This document shows, one piece after another, positions 50,136 through 59,863 of a stretch of 64,000 nucleotides of DNA; within the stretch, counting starts at the first letter, position 1, and every line of letters starts with the position of its first letter. The translations under genes were made by a program, and so were the position numbers. Source of the DNA: Clostridia bacterium (GTDB lineage: Bacteria; Bacillota; Clostridia; Christensenellales; UBA1242); the NCBI GenBank assembly GCA_017621525.1, contig JAGASX010000021.1, positions 51,566-115,565 of the forward strand, read 5' to 3'. A model generated the notes under the pieces. The model was not told the DNA's origin. It worked only from the letters and a program-made list of their open reading frames with translations, and made no database searches.

Positions 50136-50645
50136 TTAGATAAGTTCAACGATTGCCATTTCAGCACTGTCGCCACGTCTTTGTCCAAGTTTGATAACTC
50201 TTGTATAGCCACCGCCTTGTCCAACTTCTTTAATGCGTGTTGCATATTTTGGTGCATACACGTTGAAGATTTTTTCAAGAAGTGGGTGTTTGATGTCTTG
50301 AGTTCTTGCAGTGAAAGACTCGATTGACTCTTTTGGTTGTCTTTGCTCTTGTCTATCCATAAGATAAGCCATAAGTTGTCTGCGTGCTTGCAATTTTTTA
50401 GTTCCGTCATTTGAAACTGTTGTTTTAACTTTTACGCCCTTTTCGTTTTTAATTTCTTTTTCTACCTTAACGATATCTTCATAAGAGTTGATTGCAAGAG
50501 TAAGCATCTTTTCAGCCTGTCTTTGTACTGACTTTGCACGAGCAACTGTTGTTTCAACCTTTCCAAACCAAAGAAGGTCTGAAACAAGTCCGCGAAGCAT
50601 TGAATTTTTTTCCTTGCTTGGTCTGCCAAGTTTTGCATTAGCCAT
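50136..50645 (-). CDS. rplQ: 50S ribosomal protein L17 (long form with internal insertions)
   Basis: The conserved ends KLGRPSKEKNSMLRGLV…TTVARAKSVQRQAEKMLTLA and GGYTRVIKLGQRRGDSAEMAIVEL are present. It is the last gene after rpoA. Confidence 0.92.
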   Translation of the reverse strand: MANAKLGRPSKEKNSMLRGLVSDLLWFGKVETTVARAKSVQRQAEKMLTLAINSYEDIVKVEKEIKNEKGVKVKTTVSNDGTKKLQARRQLMAYLMDRQEQRQPKESIESFTARTQDIKHPLLEKIFNVYAPKYATRIKEVGQGGGYTRVIKLGQRRGDSAEMAIVELI

Positions 50646-50666
50646 GTTATTTCTCCTTTATAAAGT

Positions 50667-51617
50667 TTAGTCTTCGTCCTTACGAAGTGAAAGTCCATAA
50701 CTTTCAAGTTTTGCGATAACCTCATCAATCGACTTAATGCCAAGGTTTTTAACTTTAAGCATATCGCTTCTTGATTTTCTTGTGAGGTCCTCCACATTGT
50801 TGATTCCTGCCCTTTTCAAGCAGTTGTATGAACGAACGGAAAGATCCATTTCTTCGATAGGAAGTTCCAAGAGTTTAACTTGTTTATCCTCTTCGCGAGA
50901 TACCAAAATGTCGGTATTTGCAATTTGAGAACAAAGTTCTACGAAAAGGTTGATATGTTCCATAATAATCTTGCCGGCAAGTGAAACAATTTCTCTTGCA
51001 GAAGTTGTACCATTTGTTTCAACTTCTACGGTAAGTTTATCAAAGTTTACGCTTTGTCCAACGCGAGTGCTTTCTACATTGAAGTTTGCACGTTTTACAG
51101 GTGAGAAAAGTGAATCCATTGCGATATAGTCGATATTATCAAATTTCTCTTTGTTTTCTGTGTTTGGAACATAGCCTCTGCCATTTCCAATCATAACGTC
51201 CATATCCAAAATCGCGCCTTCATCCATTGTGCAAATGTGAAGGTCTGGATTAAGAATTTCAACATCGCTGTTTGTTTCAAAATCGCGAGCGGTAACTTCA
51301 CCAGCAGTTGTTTTGCGAAGGTGCAAGTAAGTAACAAAATTTTTGCTTGTATCTTTGCATTTTACAGCCAAGGTTTTAAGATTGAGGATGATGTCAACAA
51401 CGTCCTCTGTAACCCCTCTTACTGTGGTGAATTCATGGCTTGCGCCAGCAATTCTTACAGCGATTGGGGCAGAACCTGGAAGAGCAGAGAGAAGCGACCT
51501 TCTCATTGCATTGCCAAGTGTAATGCCATAGCCCTTTTCAAGTGGCTCGATAACAAATTTTGCATAAGCACCGTTGTCAGTTTCTTCACAAGTAATTTTA
51601 GGTCTTTCCATTTCCAT
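50667..51617 (-). CDS. rpoA: DNA-directed RNA polymerase subunit alpha
   Basis: FVIEPLEKGYGITLGNAMRRSLLS, and a C-terminal domain LELSVRSYNCLKRAGI. 316 aa. Confidence 0.97.
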   Translation of the reverse strand: MEMERPKITCEETDNGAYAKFVIEPLEKGYGITLGNAMRRSLLSALPGSAPIAVRIAGASHEFTTVRGVTEDVVDIILNLKTLAVKCKDTSKNFVTYLHLRKTTAGEVTARDFETNSDVEILNPDLHICTMDEGAILDMDVMIGNGRGYVPNTENKEKFDNIDYIAMDSLFSPVKRANFNVESTRVGQSVNFDKLTVEVETNGTTSAREIVSLAGKIIMEHINLFVELCSQIANTDILVSREEDKQVKLLELPIEEMDLSVRSYNCLKRAGINNVEDLTRKSRSDMLKVKNLGIKSIDEVIAKLESYGLSLRKDED

Positions 51618-51635
51618 ATTAAATTTCCTCCCTTA

Positions 51636-52262
51636 TTATCTCGAATACAATTCGACAATAAGTTGCTCTTTGATGTCTGCATCAACATCTTCTCTTGTAG
51701 GAAGTGCTACGATTTTCCCAGAGAATGAGTTTGTATCAAATTCAAGCCATTTTGGCATAACAACTTTGCTACCACGAAGGTCTTTAAACATTTCGTTTGA
51801 TTGTTTGTTTTCCTTAATTGCAACAATGTCGCCTGCTTTTACAATGTAAGAAGCAAGGTTTACTCTTTTGCCATTTACAGTGATAAGGCCGTGGTTTACA
51901 ATTTGGCGGGCTTGCTTTCTGCTTGCACCGATACCCATTCTGTAAACAACGTTGTCAAGGCGTCTTTCAATAAGAGAAAGCATATTTTCGCCTGTAACGC
52001 CCTTCATTTTGTTTGCTTTTTCATAGTATTCTCTAAATTGTTTTTCAAGAACACCATACATTCTTTTAACTTTTTGTTTTTCACGAAGTTGTGTGCCGTA
52101 TTCTGAGAACGCTACTCTTCTCTTTGAATTGCCATGTTGTCCAGGGATAACTGGGCGTCTTTCCATAGCACATTTCTTGGTTGTACATCTTTCGCCTTTG
52201 AGGAAGAGTTTGCAACCCTCTCTTCTACATTGACGGCAATCTGGTTCAATAGTTCTTGCCAT
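51636..52262 (-). CDS. rpsD: 30S ribosomal protein S4
   Basis: MARTIEPDCRQCRREG…YGTQLREKQKVKRMYGVLEKQFR…S4 domain. 208 aa. Confidence 0.97.
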   Translation of the reverse strand: MARTIEPDCRQCRREGCKLFLKGERCTTKKCAMERRPVIPGQHGNSKRRVAFSEYGTQLREKQKVKRMYGVLEKQFREYYEKANKMKGVTGENMLSLIERRLDNVVYRMGIGASRKQARQIVNHGLITVNGKRVNLASYIVKAGDIVAIKENKQSNEMFKDLRGSKVVMPKWLEFDTNSFSGKIVALPTREDVDADIKEQLIVELYSR

Positions 52263-52276
52263 TTGTGCGTCTCCTT

Positions 52277-52672
52277 TTAAATTCTTCTTGTTTTAGGAGG
52301 TCTGCAACCGTTATGAGCGATTGGAGATACGTCCTTAATCATAGTTACATTGATATCACAGTTTTGAAGTGAACGAATTGCAAGTTCACGACCACTTCCT
52401 GGTCCTTTTACAAAAACTTCAACTGTTTTGATACCATGTTCTTTTGCGACTTTTGCAGCGTCTTCAACACAAGATTGAGCAGCGAATGGTGTGCTTTTCT
52501 TTGAACCTTTAAGTCCAAGTTTTCCTGATGAGCACCAAGAAAGCACATTACCTTCACAGTCAGTGAAACTTACAATAGTGTTGTTGAAAGAAGTTTTGAT
52601 ATGAACTTGTCCAGCAGAGATATTTCTGCTTACTCTTTTCTTTGTTGTTTTTTTAGTAACTTGTTTAGCCAT
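52277..52672 (-). CDS. rpsK: 30S ribosomal protein S11
   Basis: [18 protein letters not shown]…[11 protein letters not shown]…VKGPGSGRE…[14 protein letters not shown]. Confidence 0.97.
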   Translation of the reverse strand: MAKQVTKKTTKKRVSRNISAGQVHIKTSFNNTIVSFTDCEGNVLSWCSSGKLGLKGSKKSTPFAAQSCVEDAAKVAKEHGIKTVEVFVKGPGSGRELAIRSLQNCDINVTMIKDVSPIAHNGCRPPKTRRI

Positions 52673-52683
52673 ATTTAATCTCC

Positions 52684-53061
52684 TTACTTACCTTTCTTTG
52701 AACTGCCCGCTACAACTTTCTTTGGACCTTTTCTTGTTCTTGCGTTGTTTTTTGTGCTTTGTCCTCTTACAGGAAGTCCTTTACGGTGGCGAACACCGCG
52801 GTAGCAACCGATTTCGATAAGTTTTTTAATATCCATGTCGACTTTTTTACGAAGTTCACCTTCAACGATGAGTTCGTGTTCAATATAATTACGAAGTTTA
52901 GCAACTTGTTCATCGGTAAGGTCTTTAACTCTTATGTCAGCACTTACGCCTGTTGCTTCACAAATTTTGTTGGAAGTTACTCTGCCGATACCATAGATAT
53001 AGGTCAAACCAAGTTCCAATCTCTTTTCTCTGGGTAAATCTACACCAGCAATTCTTGCCAT
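52684..53061 (-). CDS. rpsM: 30S ribosomal protein S13
   Basis: [14 protein letters not shown]…LTYIYGIG…[23 protein letters not shown]. Confidence 0.97.
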   Translation of the reverse strand: MARIAGVDLPREKRLELGLTYIYGIGRVTSNKICEATGVSADIRVKDLTDEQVAKLRNYIEHELIVEGELRKKVDMDIKKLIEIGCYRGVRHRKGLPVRGQSTKNNARTRKGPKKVVAGSSKKGK

Positions 53062-53085
53062 TTATTTGTCCTCCAATTTAATTTT

Positions 53086-53202
53086 TTAGCCTTGTACTTG
53101 TTTGTGCTTTGCACTCTTAGAGCAGATGACCATAACTTTGCCATCTCTCTTGATTACTCTACACTTATCACAAATTGGCTTTACAGATGCTCTAACTTTC
53201 AT
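53086..53202 (-). CDS. rpmJ: 50S ribosomal protein L36 (Zn-binding C+ form)
   Basis: Missing from the ORF track (under 60 aa). The minus-strand translation is [38 protein letters not shown]-stop. AAGGAG upstream. Canonical position between infA and rpsM. Confidence 0.93.
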   Translation of the reverse strand: MKVRASVKPICDKCRVIKRDGKVMVICSKSAKHKQVQG

Positions 53203-53214
53203 TTTAAACTCCTT

Positions 53215-53436
53215 TTAGCCTTTTTCTCTCCAAGTTATTCTGCCCTTGGTTAAGTCATAAGGGCTCATCTCTATTTTAACTTTGTCCCCTTCCAAAACTT
53301 TAATATAGTTTTTTCTTAACTTTCCAGAAAGGTAGGTGATGATTTCATGCCCGTTTGAAAGGCGCACTCTAAAGGTTGTGTTTGGAAGAACTTCCTCCAC
53401 AATTCCCTCAAATTCAATCACATCTTCTTTAGACAT
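53215..53436 (-). CDS. infA: Translation initiation factor IF-1
   Basis: [53 protein letters not shown]. The ATG at 53436 is 5 nt after AAGGAG. The track start (GTG 53442) is less likely. Confidence 0.95.
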   Translation of the reverse strand: MSKEDVIEFEGIVEEVLPNTTFRVRLSNGHEIITYLSGKLRKNYIKVLEGDKVKIEMSPYDLTKGRITWREKG

Positions 53437-53689
53437 GTTCACTCCTTATTTGCGTTAAAAATTTTCTTATTTTGGCATTTATCCGCTCGTTTTTATCAAG
53501 CAGTTCGCCCTCGCTTAAAGATTGAGTATCCAACAATTTGATATGTTTTAGACTCTTTTTTTTAGGCTTTGATGCTTTAAGCCTTTTCCCGTCTGATAAA
53601 TAAGCGTATTTATCATCAAGAGCAACGACAAGCAGAATTTCACCTTTTTCTTTGCCGGCAGTTGCCTGTACAACATTTCCAACCTTCAT
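53429..53689 (-). CDS. KOW-domain RNA-binding protein (conserved small gene between map and infA in Bacillota)
   Basis: [22 protein letters not shown] is a KOW-like motif. Position between map and infA. The start at ATG 53689 follows AGAGGTG. Confidence 0.75.
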   Translation of the reverse strand: MKVGNVVQATAGKEKGEILLVVALDDKYAYLSDGKRLKASKPKKKSLKHIKLLDTQSLSEGELLDKNERINAKIRKFLTQIRSEHV

Positions 53690-53698
53690 ATTCACCTC

Positions 53699-54442
53699 TT
53701 ACAGCGTCCAAATTTCTACGCCATTTTTGGTAACGTGAACGGTGTTTTCATAATGTGCACTTGCCTTTCCGTCGCGGGTGATAACTCCCCAGCCGTCTTC
53801 AACAAGCCAAACTTCTTTTCTGCCCATGTTTATCATAGGTTCAATCGCAAGGCAGGCATTTTCAGTAACGATAGGTCCGTCAGTAACCTTGCCATAATTA
53901 GGTACATTTGGCGGTTCATGCATACTTTTTCCTATGCCGTGTCCAACAAGTTCTCTTACAACAGAAAAACCATTTGCCTCGGCATGAGATTGAATAGCAT
54001 GCGAAAGTTCCCCAAGTCGGCACCCTACTTTAAGTTTTTCAACTCCCTTAAAAAAGCACTCTTCGGTAACTTTTATAAGTTTTTGTTTTTCCTCTGATAT
54101 TTTGCCAACGGGGAATGTCCTTGTTGCGTCGCCGTGATAGCCTTTGTATTCCACCACCAAATCGACGCTGATTATATCGCCCTCTTTAAGTATAACATCT
54201 TTGCTTGGAATGCCGTGAACGACCATTTCGTTTACGGAAGCGCAGATTGTTGCGGGGTATCCTTCATACCCTTTACAAGCGGGCTTTGCACCACTATCTA
54301 TTATAAACTTTTCTACTAAAATGTCAAGTTCTTTTGTAGAAATACCCGGTTTTATCAAACTTTTGCAATAGTTTAAAGCGTCGCGAGTTATTTCGCAGGC
54401 TTTTTTAACAAGCACCAGTTCTGCGGGCGCCAAGTTGTTCAC
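53699..54442 (-). CDS. map: Type I methionine aminopeptidase
   Basis: Metal-ligand pattern DLVVEYKGYHGDATRTF…HGIG…EPMI…YENTV. 247 aa. Confidence 0.95.
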   Translation of the reverse strand: MNNLAPAELVLVKKACEITRDALNYCKSLIKPGISTKELDILVEKFIIDSGAKPACKGYEGYPATICASVNEMVVHGIPSKDVILKEGDIISVDLVVEYKGYHGDATRTFPVGKISEEKQKLIKVTEECFFKGVEKLKVGCRLGELSHAIQSHAEANGFSVVRELVGHGIGKSMHEPPNVPNYGKVTDGPIVTENACLAIEPMINMGRKEVWLVEDGWGVITRDGKASAHYENTVHVTKNGVEIWTL

Positions 54443-55069
54443 TTATTTTTCCTCCAAATTTTTAAGAAAAGTTTTTACAGGCCTGTATGTTTCTTCAAGT
54501 GATTTATCATTAGAAACTTTAAACAGCCTTTCACTGTAAAAGTTTATGAGTGGTGATGTGCTTTGTTCATAAACTTTCAGACGATGTTTGATTGATTCAG
54601 GTTTATCGTCATCACGCTGAATGATTTTCCCACCACATTTTTTGCAATTTTCAAGTTTGCCGTCGGTTGCACTGTAAATTTCTCCGCAAGAAGAGCAGGT
54701 TCTTCTTGATGAAAGTCTTTCTATAATGACGGAGAAAGGAAGTTCCACCAAAATTACGCTGTCTATTGAGGTTATGTTTTCAAGTGCTTTCGCTTGGGCA
54801 ATTGTTCTTGGAAATCCGTCAAGAATGAAACCGTTTTTGCAATCTTCTTGTTCAATACGTTCTTTTAGCATTTTGCAGGTTATCTCATCCGGCACAAGTC
54901 CCCCGCTTGCCATAATCGCTTTGACTTCTTTTGCAAAATCATCTTCTTTTTTTGCAAGTGCCCTAAACAAATCTCCTGTTGAAATTTGTGGAATAGCAAA
55001 ATCGGCTGAAATCTTTTTTGCAAGACTTCCCTTTCCACTTCCCGGTGCACCTAAAAGAATAAGTTTCAT
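54443..55069 (-). CDS. adk: Adenylate kinase (Zn-lid form)
   Basis: MKLILLGAPGSGKGS P-loop start at ATG 55069, and lid cysteines CSSCG…CKKCG. The 38-aa N-terminal extension in the track ORF crosses a structured spacer and is rejected. Confidence 0.95.
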   Translation of the reverse strand: MKLILLGAPGSGKGSLAKKISADFAIPQISTGDLFRALAKKEDDFAKEVKAIMASGGLVPDEITCKMLKERIEQEDCKNGFILDGFPRTIAQAKALENITSIDSVILVELPFSVIIERLSSRRTCSSCGEIYSATDGKLENCKKCGGKIIQRDDDKPESIKHRLKVYEQSTSPLINFYSERLFKVSNDKSLEETYRPVKTFLKNLEEK

Positions 55070-55116
55070 TTTGCCCCCTATTTTTGTGGTTGTGGCATTT
55101 AAGCCAACTATTCTTT

Positions 55117-55139
55117 CAGCGGAGGCGTTACCTCCGCTG
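55117..55139 (-). other. GC-rich stem-loop in the secY-adk spacer
   Basis: CAGCGGAGG (55117-55125), loop CGTTA, CCTCCGCTG (55131-55139). A second palindrome, TTGCGA-AAAT-TCGCAA (55168-55183), lies just after the secY stop. Confidence 0.6.
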
Positions 55140-55189
55140 GAACAGCCGTTTTTGACCGCATGGTCTTTTGCGAAAATTCGCAAATTATT

Positions 55190-56482
55190 TTAATCTAAGA
55201 AACCTTTATGATTTCTCATGAACATTTGTGCAGTAAGTTGTTTTTCAAGTTCCAAAGCAACAGAAACAGCAATCATAAGGCCTGTAACGCTGAACGCGTT
55301 GATAAGTACTGCAATTTCTTGCGCTCCGCCAACTGCCTTAAAGACAAGTGATGGAACAAGAGCAATGATTGCAAGCATAATTGCCCCAAAAAGTGTAATT
55401 CTGTTTGAGATTTTGCCAAGGTGTTCTGCTGTTGGTTTTCCAGCACGAATACCAGGGATAAATCCGCCTTGTTGTTGTATTCTTTTACTGATGTCATCTG
55501 GATTGAATGAAATTTTTGAGTAGAAGAATGCAAACACCAAAATAAGAACTGCTGATATAACGATGTAAAGCCAAGAGTTTGTGCCCAGCCAGTCGCTATA
55601 CCATGTTGTTTCTGGTGAGAAAATTGAAATCAACATTTGTGGGAAGGTAAGAAGTGCAGAAGAGAAAATGATTGGCATAACGCCTGTTGCATTAACCCTA
55701 ATTGGAATGTAGTTGGTTTGTCCACCATACATTTTTCTTCCCTTAATTTGTTTTGCATATTGTACTTGCACGCGACGCTCGCCACCGTCCATAAACACGA
55801 TAAACGCGAAGATAAGAACGATTGCTGCAAAGAAGAGTACAAGGTACCAAATGTTTGTTGGGTTTGAGAAGCAACTTTCAACAACAGCCGCAATGCTTGT
55901 GCCTGCCGAAGAAAGGATACCAACGAAGATAAGCATACTTGTACCATTTCCAATGCCGAGGTCTGTAATACGCTCGCCAATCCAAACGGTAAACATAGCA
56001 CCTGCAACCATGATAAGGACAACGCCCATACCAATAAGCCATGTTGGCATAACTGCTGTAAGGTTAGGGTCAAAGCCCTCGCCTGCATAAGCAACTACAA
56101 TACCAACGGCTTGTGCGATTGCAAGAACAAGTGCAGCGATACGGGTGTAGAAATTGATTTTTCTGCGTCCGTCCTCACCGCTTTTTGACAGTCTTTCAAG
56201 TGCAGGAATTGCAACTGTCAAAAGTTGAATAACAATGGATGCTGTGATGTATGGTGAAACGCCAAGTGCAAGCACCGAGCAGTTTGACAAAGCACCACCG
56301 CTGACCATGTTCATAAGTTCAAAGAAGCCAAAACCACTACTGTTTTGTAAAACAACATCGGTGCTGAAACCTACGCAAGGAATCCAGCAACCAAGTCTGT
56401 AAATGAAAAGAAAAAGGAGGGTAAGAAGAATCTTATTCCTTATTTCTTTGACTTTAAATGCGTCGATTATAGTTTTGAACAT
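55190..56482 (-). CDS. secY: Preprotein translocase subunit SecY
   Basis: 430 aa with 10 TM segments. Motifs LALGVSPYITASIVIQLL, GERITDLGIGNGTSMLIF and GGFIPGIRAGKPT. Confidence 0.97.
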   Translation of the reverse strand: MFKTIIDAFKVKEIRNKILLTLLFLFIYRLGCWIPCVGFSTDVVLQNSSGFGFFELMNMVSGGALSNCSVLALGVSPYITASIVIQLLTVAIPALERLSKSGEDGRRKINFYTRIAALVLAIAQAVGIVVAYAGEGFDPNLTAVMPTWLIGMGVVLIMVAGAMFTVWIGERITDLGIGNGTSMLIFVGILSSAGTSIAAVVESCFSNPTNIWYLVLFFAAIVLIFAFIVFMDGGERRVQVQYAKQIKGRKMYGGQTNYIPIRVNATGVMPIIFSSALLTFPQMLISIFSPETTWYSDWLGTNSWLYIVISAVLILVFAFFYSKISFNPDDISKRIQQQGGFIPGIRAGKPTAEHLGKISNRITLFGAIMLAIIALVPSLVFKAVGGAQEIAVLINAFSVTGLMIAVSVALELEKQLTAQMFMRNHKGFLD

Positions 56483-56484
56483 CT

Positions 56485-56931
56485 TTAAATCTCCTCTACC
56501 TTGCCACCAACTTTTTCAATCTTCTCTCTTGCTTGTTTAGTAATTTTAGCACACTTAACAGTGATAGGTTTTGTGATTTCTCCATCGCCTAAAACTTTAA
56601 GTCCATATTCAGAGCGTTTTCCAATGAATCTGGTTGCATAAAGGAGTTCTTGGTCGATAACCGCATTTGCCTCGAAAGCCTCCAAGTCGCCTACATTAAC
56701 ACAAGCATAACGTTTTGCGAAATTCTTGTTGTTAAATCCGCGCATTGGCACCTTTCTTATCATAGGGATATTACCGCCCTCAAATCCTGGTCTTACGCCA
56801 CCGCCACTGCGTGCGTTTTGACCTTTGTGGCCTTTACCACTTGTTTTTCCAATGCCACTTCCAATGCCTCTACCAACTCTTACTTTTTTGGTAGTTGCAC
56901 CTTGTGCTGGTTTTAAATTTTGAAGTTCCAT
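56485..56931 (-). CDS. rplO: 50S ribosomal protein L15
   Basis: LKPAQGATTKKVRVGRGIGSGIGKTSGKGHKGQNARSGG. Confidence 0.96.
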   Translation of the reverse strand: MELQNLKPAQGATTKKVRVGRGIGSGIGKTSGKGHKGQNARSGGGVRPGFEGGNIPMIRKVPMRGFNNKNFAKRYACVNVGDLEAFEANAVIDQELLYATRFIGKRSEYGLKVLGDGEITKPITVKCAKITKQAREKIEKVGGKVEEI

Positions 56932-56939
56932 GTTTCCTC

Positions 56940-57134
56940 CTATTTAACCTCTTCTACCTTAACGAGGTGAGCAACATGATGAAGGCTTCCTCTGATAGAA
57001 TCGTTGTCTGGGAGTTGTCTTGTTTGATTAAGTTTCTTAAAGCCAAGTGCTTCGATGATTTTTGCTTGTTTGCCATTATAGCCAATGCAAGATTTCACCC
57101 AAGTTACGTTAAGCATTTTCTCTGTCTTTGCCAT
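56940..57134 (-). CDS. rpmD: 50S ribosomal protein L30
   Basis: LNVTWVKSCIGYNGKQAKIIEALGFKKLNQTRQLPDNDSIRGSLHHVAHLVKVEE. Confidence 0.93.
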   Translation of the reverse strand: MAKTEKMLNVTWVKSCIGYNGKQAKIIEALGFKKLNQTRQLPDNDSIRGSLHHVAHLVKVEEVK

Positions 57135-57145
57135 TACAACCTCCC

Positions 57146-57748
57146 TTAAATTTCCTCTACGCTTTTGCCACGACGTCTTGCAATTTCTTCTTTTGTTTTA
57201 AGAGAAAGAAGTCCGTTCATTGTGGCTTTTACGCAGTTGATTTTGTTTGAAGAACCATGTTTCTTGGTAACAATATTCTTAATACCTGCAAGTTCAATAA
57301 CAGCACGAGCACTGCCACCTGCAATAACTCCTGTACCTTCTGGAGCAGGAAGAAGCATAATGTTTGTTGCCGAGAATTTTCCAACGGTTTCGTGTGGAAT
57401 TGTGTCGCCAACGATAGGAATGTTTTTAACATTTCTTTTAGCGATTGTGGTTGCCTTTTCAATTGCTGAACTTACGTCTTTGCTTTTGCCAATACCAAGT
57501 CCAACTCTGCCCTTTCTGTCGCCAACAACAACAAGTGCAGAAAATCTTAAAGTTCTTCCACCTTTAACTACTTTGACAACGCGTCTTACAGAAACAACTT
57601 GTTTGTCAAATTCGCTAACTTCACGACGAGGAGCACGTTCTCCTCTTTCTTTACGGTCGCCCTTAGGTTTGCCAGAGAAATTGTTTCTTTTGCCCTTTGG
57701 AGCAGAATTTTCAGTGGCAACTTCTTGTGTTTTTTCAAGTTCTGTCAT
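57146..57748 (-). CDS. rpsE: 30S ribosomal protein S5 (with a ~35-aa charged N-terminal extension)
   Basis: [27 protein letters not shown]…[34 protein letters not shown] upstream of the ATG at 57748. Confidence 0.96.
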   Translation of the reverse strand: MTELEKTQEVATENSAPKGKRNNFSGKPKGDRKERGERAPRREVSEFDKQVVSVRRVVKVVKGGRTLRFSALVVVGDRKGRVGLGIGKSKDVSSAIEKATTIAKRNVKNIPIVGDTIPHETVGKFSATNIMLLPAPEGTGVIAGGSARAVIELAGIKNIVTKKHGSSNKINCVKATMNGLLSLKTKEEIARRRGKSVEEI

Positions 57749-57757
57749 GATTTCCTC

Positions 57758-58126
57758 CTAAAATTTCAGTCCGGCTTCACGAGCACCGTCTGCCAAAGCC
57801 TGAACACGACCGATATAGATATAACCGCCTCTGTCAAAAACAACTTCGGTGATATTTTTTTCAAGAGCACGTTTTGCAATTGTTTGTCCAACAAGTTTTG
57901 CCTGCTCTGATTTGCTTTTTCCAGCAAGTTCTTTCTTAACATCTGCGTCTAAGGTTGAAGCAGAAACAAGAGTTGCACCATTTACATCATCAATAATTTG
58001 TGCGTAAATAGAGTTAAGGCTTCTGTACACGCAAAGACGTGGTCTTTCTGTTGTGCCAGCAAGTTTACGTCTAACTCTTTTATGACGAACCAATCTTTCT
58101 TGATTTTTATCTGTTTTATTTATCAT
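57758..58126 (-). CDS. rplR: 50S ribosomal protein L18
   Basis: [34 protein letters not shown]…[27 protein letters not shown]. Confidence 0.97.
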   Translation of the reverse strand: MINKTDKNQERLVRHKRVRRKLAGTTERPRLCVYRSLNSIYAQIIDDVNGATLVSASTLDADVKKELAGKSKSEQAKLVGQTIAKRALEKNITEVVFDRGGYIYIGRVQALADGAREAGLKF

Positions 58127-58137
58127 GATTTGTTCTC

Positions 58138-58686
58138 CTATTTCTTGCCTTTACCAGCGGTTTTTCCGACTTTTCTAATAACTACTTGGTCAGAGTATCT
58201 AATTCCATATCCGTGATATGGTTCAACAGGTCTGATATCCTTAATTTTTGATGCAAATTGACCAACTTGCTGTTTATCAATGCCTGTGATTGTAATTTCT
58301 GTTGCGTTTGGACAAGCAACTTGAAGGCCTTGTGGAACTTCTACTTCAACGTTGTGGCTGAGGCCGAGGTTCATAACAAGTTTTGTGCCTTGCATTTGTG
58401 CTTTGTAACCTACACCAGAAATAAGTAATGTTTTCTTAAAGCCTTCGCTTACGCCCTTAACCATGTTGTTGGCAAGTGCTCTGTAAAGGCCGTGTTTTGC
58501 GTTTGCGTCAGCAGTTTCTTTTGCGATTACGAAAGAAAGATTTTGTCCTTCAATGTTTACGCCAATTACGCTGTTGATTTCTTGTGTTAATGAGCCTTTT
58601 GGTCCATTAACAGAAAGGATTCTGTTTTCAAATTTAGCAGTTACGCCAGCAGGCATAACGATGACTTCTTTACCAATTCTTGACAT
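58138..58686 (-). CDS. rplF: 50S ribosomal protein L6
   Basis: [33 protein letters not shown]. The start at ATG 58686 has GGAGGGG upstream. Confidence 0.96.
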   Translation of the reverse strand: MSRIGKEVIVMPAGVTAKFENRILSVNGPKGSLTQEINSVIGVNIEGQNLSFVIAKETADANAKHGLYRALANNMVKGVSEGFKKTLLISGVGYKAQMQGTKLVMNLGLSHNVEVEVPQGLQVACPNATEITITGIDKQQVGQFASKIKDIRPVEPYHGYGIRYSDQVVIRKVGKTAGKGKK

Positions 58687-58694
58687 AACCCCTC

Positions 58695-59093
58695 CTACCA
58701 TACGTAAGCGAGAACTTCCCCGCCCACTCCAAGTTTTCTTGCAACTTTGTCTGTAACAATGCCCTTATTTGTAGAAATAATTGCAATGCCAAGACCGCTG
58801 ATAACTCTTGGAAGTTTATCTTTTTGTGCGTATATACGAAGACCAGGTTTTGAAATTCTTTTAAGTCCTTGAATTACGCTGTCGCCGGTTTCGTCATATT
58901 TAAGTGTTACAACGATGTTTTTCTTTCCTGCATCTTCTGTTTCTTCATATCCTGCGATATAGCCTTCTTCAAGAAGGATTTTTGCAATTGCGCGTTTTTC
59001 ATTTGATGCAGGAATACTTACAGTTTCATGTTTAACATTGACTGCGTTTCTGATGCGTGTAAGCATATCTGCGATTGGGTCTGTAACTAACAT
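58695..59093 (-). CDS. rpsH: 30S ribosomal protein S8
   Basis: [13 protein letters not shown]…[10 protein letters not shown]…GLRIYA…[14 protein letters not shown]…GGEVLAYVW. Confidence 0.97.
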   Translation of the reverse strand: MLVTDPIADMLTRIRNAVNVKHETVSIPASNEKRAIAKILLEEGYIAGYEETEDAGKKNIVVTLKYDETGDSVIQGLKRISKPGLRIYAQKDKLPRVISGLGIAIISTNKGIVTDKVARKLGVGGEVLAYVW

Positions 59094-59105
59094 TTTATCC
59101 TCCTT

Positions 59106-59291
59106 TTACCAGCTTGACTTGCGAACGCCTGGGATTTCGCCCTTGTTTGCAAGTTCACGGAAACAAATTCTGCAAATTCCATATTTTCTTAAAACAGCGT
59201 GTGGTCTGCCACAAAGAGAACATCTTGTATATTCACGAGTTTTATACTTTTGAGTTCTTTTTTGTTTTTCAACTAATGCTTTTTTAGCCAT
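59106..59291 (-). CDS. rpsN: 30S ribosomal protein S14 type Z (Zn-binding)
   Basis: 61 aa. [61 protein letters not shown] has the Cys4 pattern. Confidence 0.96.
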   Translation of the reverse strand: MAKKALVEKQKRTQKYKTREYTRCSLCGRPHAVLRKYGICRICFRELANKGEIPGVRKSSW

Positions 59292-59302
59292 GATTTACAC
59301 TC

Positions 59303-59854
59303 CTATTTAGCAAAAGGCAAGCCAAGTGCCGCGAGCAATGATTTTGCTTCATTATCAGTTTTAGCGGTTGTAACAAAAGTAATATCAAAACCTCTAATTT
59401 TTTCGACTTTTTCATATACGATTTCAGGGAAAATAAGTTGTTCTTTAATTCCCATAGAGTAGTTTCCTTTACCGTCAAATGACTTGTCAGAAATTCCTCG
59501 GAAGTCTCTTACTTTTGGAAGAGCGATTGCAGTAAGTCTATCAAAGAACTCATACATTCTGTCCCCTCTTAAAGTAACTTTTGCACCAATCTTTTGTCCT
59601 TCACGAAGACCAAAGTTGGAAATTGATTTTTTTGCAACTGTAACTACAGGTTTTTGACCTGAAATTGCAGTAAGTTCGTCAACAGCAATGTTGAAACTTT
59701 TTGAGTTACCTTTTACTTCACCAAGTCCCATGTTAAGAACAATTTTAACGAGTTTTGGAACTTCGTTTACGTTTTTGTAACCAAATTCTTTCATAAGCGC
59801 TGGTGCAACTTCTGCTTTGTACTTTACAGCAATTCTGTTTTGTTCTTTAGCCAT
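59303..59854 (-). CDS. rplE: 50S ribosomal protein L5
   Basis: [27 protein letters not shown]…[12 protein letters not shown]…RDFRGI. Confidence 0.97.
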   Translation of the reverse strand: MAKEQNRIAVKYKAEVAPALMKEFGYKNVNEVPKLVKIVLNMGLGEVKGNSKSFNIAVDELTAISGQKPVVTVAKKSISNFGLREGQKIGAKVTLRGDRMYEFFDRLTAIALPKVRDFRGISDKSFDGKGNYSMGIKEQLIFPEIVYEKVEKIRGFDITFVTTAKTDNEAKSLLAALGLPFAK

Positions 59855-59863
59855 TTTTTACTC

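Noticed and set aside
50057-50797. Track ORFs 50057..50410(-) and 50462..50797(-) overlapping rplQ/rpoA
   Set aside because: They are alternative frames of highly conserved ribosomal and RNAP genes, with no independent signals.
55103-55160. 17-codon ORF (MRSKTAVPAEVTPPLKE) on the minus strand in the secY-adk spacer
   Set aside because: It has no SD, and its sequence is largely dictated by the GC-rich hairpin. It is more likely RNA structure than coding.
55070-55183. Extended adk start. Similar long-start versions were noticed for uvrB (18209), radC (19904), the ttcA-like gene (39021), the 4HB gene (41931), the PHP gene (48204), SHOCT paralog 2 (50112), rplF (58701), rpsQ (60978), infA (53442) and the KOW gene (53695).
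   Set aside because: In each case an internal ATG with a proper SD coincides with the conserved family N-terminus. The longest-ORF starts are often TTG or GTG and lack an RBS.
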